From NCBI GenBank assembly GCA_963664325.2, contig CAXXDQ010000008.1, positions 288,391 through 352,390 on the forward strand: 64,000 bases of DNA. The letters are read 5' to 3'. Shown piece by piece: positions 59,800 through 64,000 of this stretch; position 1 is the stretch's first letter; every line of letters begins with the position of its first letter. A program made the position numbers and the translations under genes. The stretch is from Desulfomonilia bacterium. Lineage in GTDB: Bacteria; Desulfobacterota; Desulfomonilia; UBA1062. The notes under the pieces were generated by a model. The model was given only the letters and a program-made list of their open reading frames with translations. It ran no database searches and was not told the DNA's origin.

Positions 59800-60791
59800 T
59801 CAATTCTTAATAATCTTTATGAAAGCTCTGGCTTCGGTATGACAATTGAGTCTGGCAGGGACGGCCTCAGAGGTAATTCCTGATATCTTTTTCGGTGATT
59901 TTCCGGCCCGGTCCCACCCAGTGCCTCTGTCGAAAGGCCGCCTGTTATATTTCCCCACTTGAGACATTCGGCCAGCGGGTCTGCCAACGAGATAGGCCTT
60001 TAAAAATCCCGCGTTATAGTTATCGCCGGCGCCCTGTCGTATCGACAGGGTTCACTTTTATTCCCGGGACGTGGATTAATTTCCCCTTGTGGTACGACCA
60101 TGAGCCCGTTCGGTCCCGTCCTTGACAACAACCATGGGACAAAACCTGCCGAGCTCCCTAGCGGCGGCCGGTATGTCCGTCTTTTCCGGTCATCTGGCAG
60201 ACTTCCTTTGCGTTTGGCAATATAATGTCCAAACCCTCAATCGTTTTTCTTACAGCAGGCACTTCGATGGTTTCATGTTCAGGATGATTTCCGTCCATCA
60301 CGATAAGCATCTTTTTTTTTCTTGACCAGAAATGAAACCGATTGAAAAAAAAAGCCCCTGTGTAAAAGCCGGGAATGAACAGGATCTTTGCAGTAACAAA
60401 CGGAAGTTTTCTTCATCAGCGCCGGAAATTTTATAGGGCTCTTTGTCGTAATACGTTATGAAGGCCCCTGTCCTTTTTGTGAATGAGGCCGATATCGTTA
60501 TGCGCTGATAAGATTTTTTGTGGTGGATGAAGAGGACGCCCGTCAATACCCTCATCCTTCAGTTTTTTCAGGATTGTACGGCTGAATTCATCTGTACCGA
60601 AATCTGCCGCCCAGCCGGTTTTTATGCCGAGGCGGTGCATGGCGATGACACTGTTGCAGGATTCACCCGGCTCGATCGAAAAATCCTTGCTGTGGACTTC
60701 GTTGCCCGGTTTCAGGCATCCCTGGCAGTCCGGTGAATATATAGTCTATGCAATAGTCACCGCCAGTCAGAACATCGTAGTCATAAGCCAT
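59800..60791 (-). CDS. PfkB-family carbohydrate kinase, multiply frameshifted
   Basis: MAYDYDVLTGGDYCIDYIFTGLP at 60791; MHRLGIKTGWAADFGTDEFS; reconstructed PVDTTGAGDNYNAGFL near 60020-60050. Confidence 0.75.
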
Positions 60792-62200
60792 GCTGAAAAT
60801 CCTTTAAGACAGTTTCGGGAACAGTTTTTCCGTGTCCTTTGATATAGCCGTCAACAAGAGATTTTTGCCAGGGCATAGTCTCTTACCAGCGGATGAAACG
60901 GTCAACGCCCGCTACCGCCCTTCAGATAAGAACCTTCGGTTGCTGCCTCTACAGTATAGAGCTCATACGATTTCACAGACTGCATTAGGCCCCATGCAGC
61001 TGAGAGGGATTTCTCCTACGGTAATCTGCCTTATGCAGTCCGTGTCGACTAGCACTGGGATCTCGACAACGGCCGTTTCAGGAAAGCCGGTAATGGCCCC
61101 GGCATTCGGTACATTCAATGTCATGACCCGCGGACTGCCTCCCCTGAGGGATTCGATTGCACCCAGGGCAAACGTCGGCGTAGCCTTCTTCGGTGAGATT
61201 GTCAAGGCTCTCCCCGGTCAAGTTTGAATTCCTCGAACTGGCCGCCGGGTCTCGTTCGCCATATAAGTTTCAAGCCTCATGTCAAGGTATGCCTTGTAGC
61301 GTCTCACGAGATCTTCCTTGTCCCCTTTTTCCCAGAGTTTTTTCCAGGTCAGAGGAAAAGGATCGTGTTCTGTTCAACGAGCATTTCCGCCCCTCGTTTT
61401 TTCCGGCCTTGAGGATGTTTTTCTACGGCCTCCTTTGAATGGTAATAATAATATAGATATTCATTGGGAATCATGCCGAGCGCTTTCGATCACACCCGTC
61501 GAAAACGGAAGTCCCGGCAACCCTCCCTGCATCTTTGATCAGATTGATAAAATCGGGGACATGGTTTTTTGGCCCTTATGCCAGATGGCACGGGCCCAGC
61601 CCAGGTGGTTAAGGCCGAAATATTCCATCTGTACGTCCGGCACCTTTGCGCCCCAGAGCAATAGCGGCATAACCCCTAATCATTTCGGGTGCATCGCAGA
61701 TGCCTATCGTTCTTTTTCCAGCCCCCCTTGTTGATTATGGCTTCTGTAAACGATCCCGGACGGATTGCTGAAATTGATAAGCCATGCATCGGGGCAGAGC
61801 TTTTTCATGAGCTTAACATAATCAAGGACAACAGGGATAGAGCGCATGGCCATTGCAAAAACCGCCTGGACCTGTTGTTTCCTGTCCGAGCACCCCGAGC
61901 GAGAGGGCCACTCTTTCGTCGACGATACGGGATTTCATGCCGCCGACTCTGAAAGTCATTATTACAAAGGTCCGCTCCGGCCAGGGCTTCTTTTGCGTTA
62001 GTTGTCCTTTCTATATTAAAGTCCAGGCTGCTGTTTTTTTTCCAGTTCCGCGGTAATAGCGCCAGTCCAGTTCAAGCTGCTTCTCGCTTGTATCCATTAA
62101 TGAAAGTCCGGTCAGCCCGAGCTGCTTCTGTCTTTTAACCATGGACCTGACAATCAGCGGCGTTTCTGAGACCTGCCCCGCCGAGAATGGCAATCTTCAT
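60781..62200 (-). CDS. Glycoside hydrolase family 4 (NAD-dependent), multiply frameshifted
   Basis: GGAGGA RBS plus MKIAILGGAGLR; fragments INFSNPSG, ICDAP, YFGLNHLGW, LNVPNAGAITGFPETAVVEIP. Confidence 0.8.
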
Positions 62201-63115
62201 GGACTCCTCCTGGGAAGTATCCGGTATTCCCGGAATTTGGTATCCCACCCAATAGGAAAAAACCTGCAGTTATGTCAAGCCTGCCGAAAACAATAAGTAT
62301 GAAACGGCATGCTTTTTCAAATCATGGTCTGAGCCGGCAAAAGGTTTGGATTGCATAAAACAGTAACTAATGATATCAATTGGTTACAGGTACATGAAAA
62401 AAATGATTTATGGCTGATTACTAAGTCCTTGAGGGGGGTTTAATGAGGACTTTTGGATGTTGATTCTTATCCCTGTGTATCTCTGTACCACTGTTTCTGC
62501 ACATGCTGACGGCGGTATTTCTTGAAGGAGGCCAGGGCATATTCCCATTCGCTTGATTCCCAGGGTCATATTCCTCAGCTATCAGTTGGACACCCCATCA
62601 ATATTCGGGATCGACACCTTTTGTAAAGGGGCTCTCGGGGCCTGGAAACGGTCACAAACAGCAACGATGCGATTATTCTAGCCATGGGATTATTGGTGAA
62701 GCTGCCAGAAAAAATACTATTTCTGTTTCGGAACCTGGCGGTGCTTACGTTACAGAGACTACCGACAATCTGGGCACGCATCTCCAATTCGCATTAAGGT
62801 TCGCACTGGGTATGAGGGTGGATAAGATCGACCTTTTCTGTTTCTTATAGGCATTTTTCCAATGGGGATGGTATTTTCGACTGGTCAGACACACCGAATT
62901 TCGGTGAGAATTTCATTACATTCCAGATAGGCTACCTTTTGTAACCCGGGTGATTGAAAAACCGTCCTGTCTTGTTGAAAAAAAATGTAAAGTCATAAAA
63001 AAACTAAGATAGCCGGAGAGGCTGTCGAAAAAGTCCCTGGTTTTTATGGCATAAGAAATTGCCGGGGCTTTCGGACAGCCTCTGAACCGACGGATCTGGG
63101 CCTGTTTTTCTGGTA

Positions 63116-64000
63116 TTACCATTTGGAGCTTATTCCAAGCTGAAACCTTTACATATTCAGGAATGGAGTTTTCCGTTATACGAGGCCTTTTTGGTGGAAC
63201 CGAATGCGGAGAGGTCGAGCTGGACCAGCTTGGGGCCGATTCCGAGTCCGCCTGTAATGACAAGCCCCTCTTTAGATTCCTGGATGTTCTGCATAAGTCC
63301 CGCACGTATGGAAAAACCAGCTTATAGGCTGGAAATTAAGTCCGCCCGCCGATATACTGGGAGTAATAATCAGGGATATAGGTCTCGTTCTTTGTAAGGT
63401 CCCGCATCGATCGCTACGGAAAGCATGTCATTCAGAAAACCCGTATGCTACTCCCATTCGGGCCATTGGTTTTCACCTTAAGATGGTCATATGATGCTGT
63501 CTTGAACTGCGGGGTGTTGAGATTTTTTCCGACAAATCCTATAGGACAGGTTATCAAGCTTCGGCGGTTTATACAAAAAGCCCGAGGTCGATTCCCCAGC
63601 TCACAGAGCTCTTTGTGTCTTTTCTCAGATCGGTTGATACATCACCTGATGAAGTGTCGATTTTTTATATCTTTATCAAGCGTATAGCCGGGCATCACCT
63701 TGAGGCTCCCGCCGATGTCCTATCTTTTCCCATCTTGGTGTTAAACTGGTAACCTCCCGATACCGGTATTTCGACATATGCAAGACCAGTCAGGTCAAGG
63801 TATGTGAGGCCGTTGTCAAGGGCATACTGGATTGAGTATGCATTGTAATCGTCTAAATTGGATGGTTGAGGGTTTAAAGGATCTGCCGGGTCGTATTTTC
63901 GTATATACGGTCCCCGCCCGGAAACATCAGTTTTTAATTATAATCTGATTATGCGTGGGATCTATAACGGCTGAAGCGGTTTGCGTCCGATACTGTATAA
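63116..64000 (-). CDS. TraF_2-like outer-membrane beta-barrel protein, 3' part, frameshifted
   Basis: Fragments WGIDLGL, ARMGVAYG, GGLNFQPISWF, RAGLMQN, GLVITGGLG, QLDLSAF, and reconstructed C-terminus QLGISSKW-stop (terminal aromatic) at 63116. Confidence 0.55.

Noticed and set aside
62440-63100. Possible ORF remnants on both strands between GH4 and the barrel gene
   Set aside because: Too many frameshifts to reconstruct any recognisable protein.
63116-64000. TraF-like gene as evidence of a conjugative element
   Set aside because: TraF_2-like barrels commonly occur as stand-alone chromosomal genes; no other tra/T4SS genes are seen.

Overview
Chromosomal window from an anaerobic bacterium, most likely Desulfobacterota/Deltaproteobacteria (atpF'-atpF-atpHAGDC without atpB/atpE, HdrL-Flx complex, SmsCB-type Fe-S scaffold, DUF4911 and FYDLN proteins). 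From left to right: sufB/sufC-like pair, hisH, pcm, a GalT-like gene, a passenger-less inverse-autotransporter barrel and tRNA-Pro. Next come a candidate anti-SD small RNA and an atypical myo-inositol cluster (iolB-iolD-tartrate/D-malate dehydrogenase-iolE-iolG-type II GAPDH-PGK, with no iolC/iolJ/iolA), then clsC. A tightly packed 7-gene minus-strand D-amino-acid operon follows (class IV aminotransferase, Alr, soluble CapA-like protein, Asp/Glu racemase, divergent Ddl-like ATP-grasp ligase, FGase-family amidohydrolase, Gfo/Idh/MocA). This is the best candidate for an undescribed system. After it lie hdrL-flxD-flxC-hdrC-hdrB-flxB-flxA and an HldE-like kinase/HAD fusion with a DHS-like protein and an AGE epimerase. 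A markedly AT-rich segment carries a eukaryote-type PFK-2/FBPase-2, a dif-like site, the ATP synthase operon, tRNA-Arg, yacG and pcnB, followed by cmk, aroA, hisC and pheA. The last ~8.5 kb (GH1, GPH transporter, tRNA-Cys, PfkB, GH4, TraF_2-like barrel) is full of single-base indels that look like low-coverage long-read errors. No CRISPR array, rRNA, integrase or transposase was seen. All family assignments come from motif recognition by eye; no database search was run.
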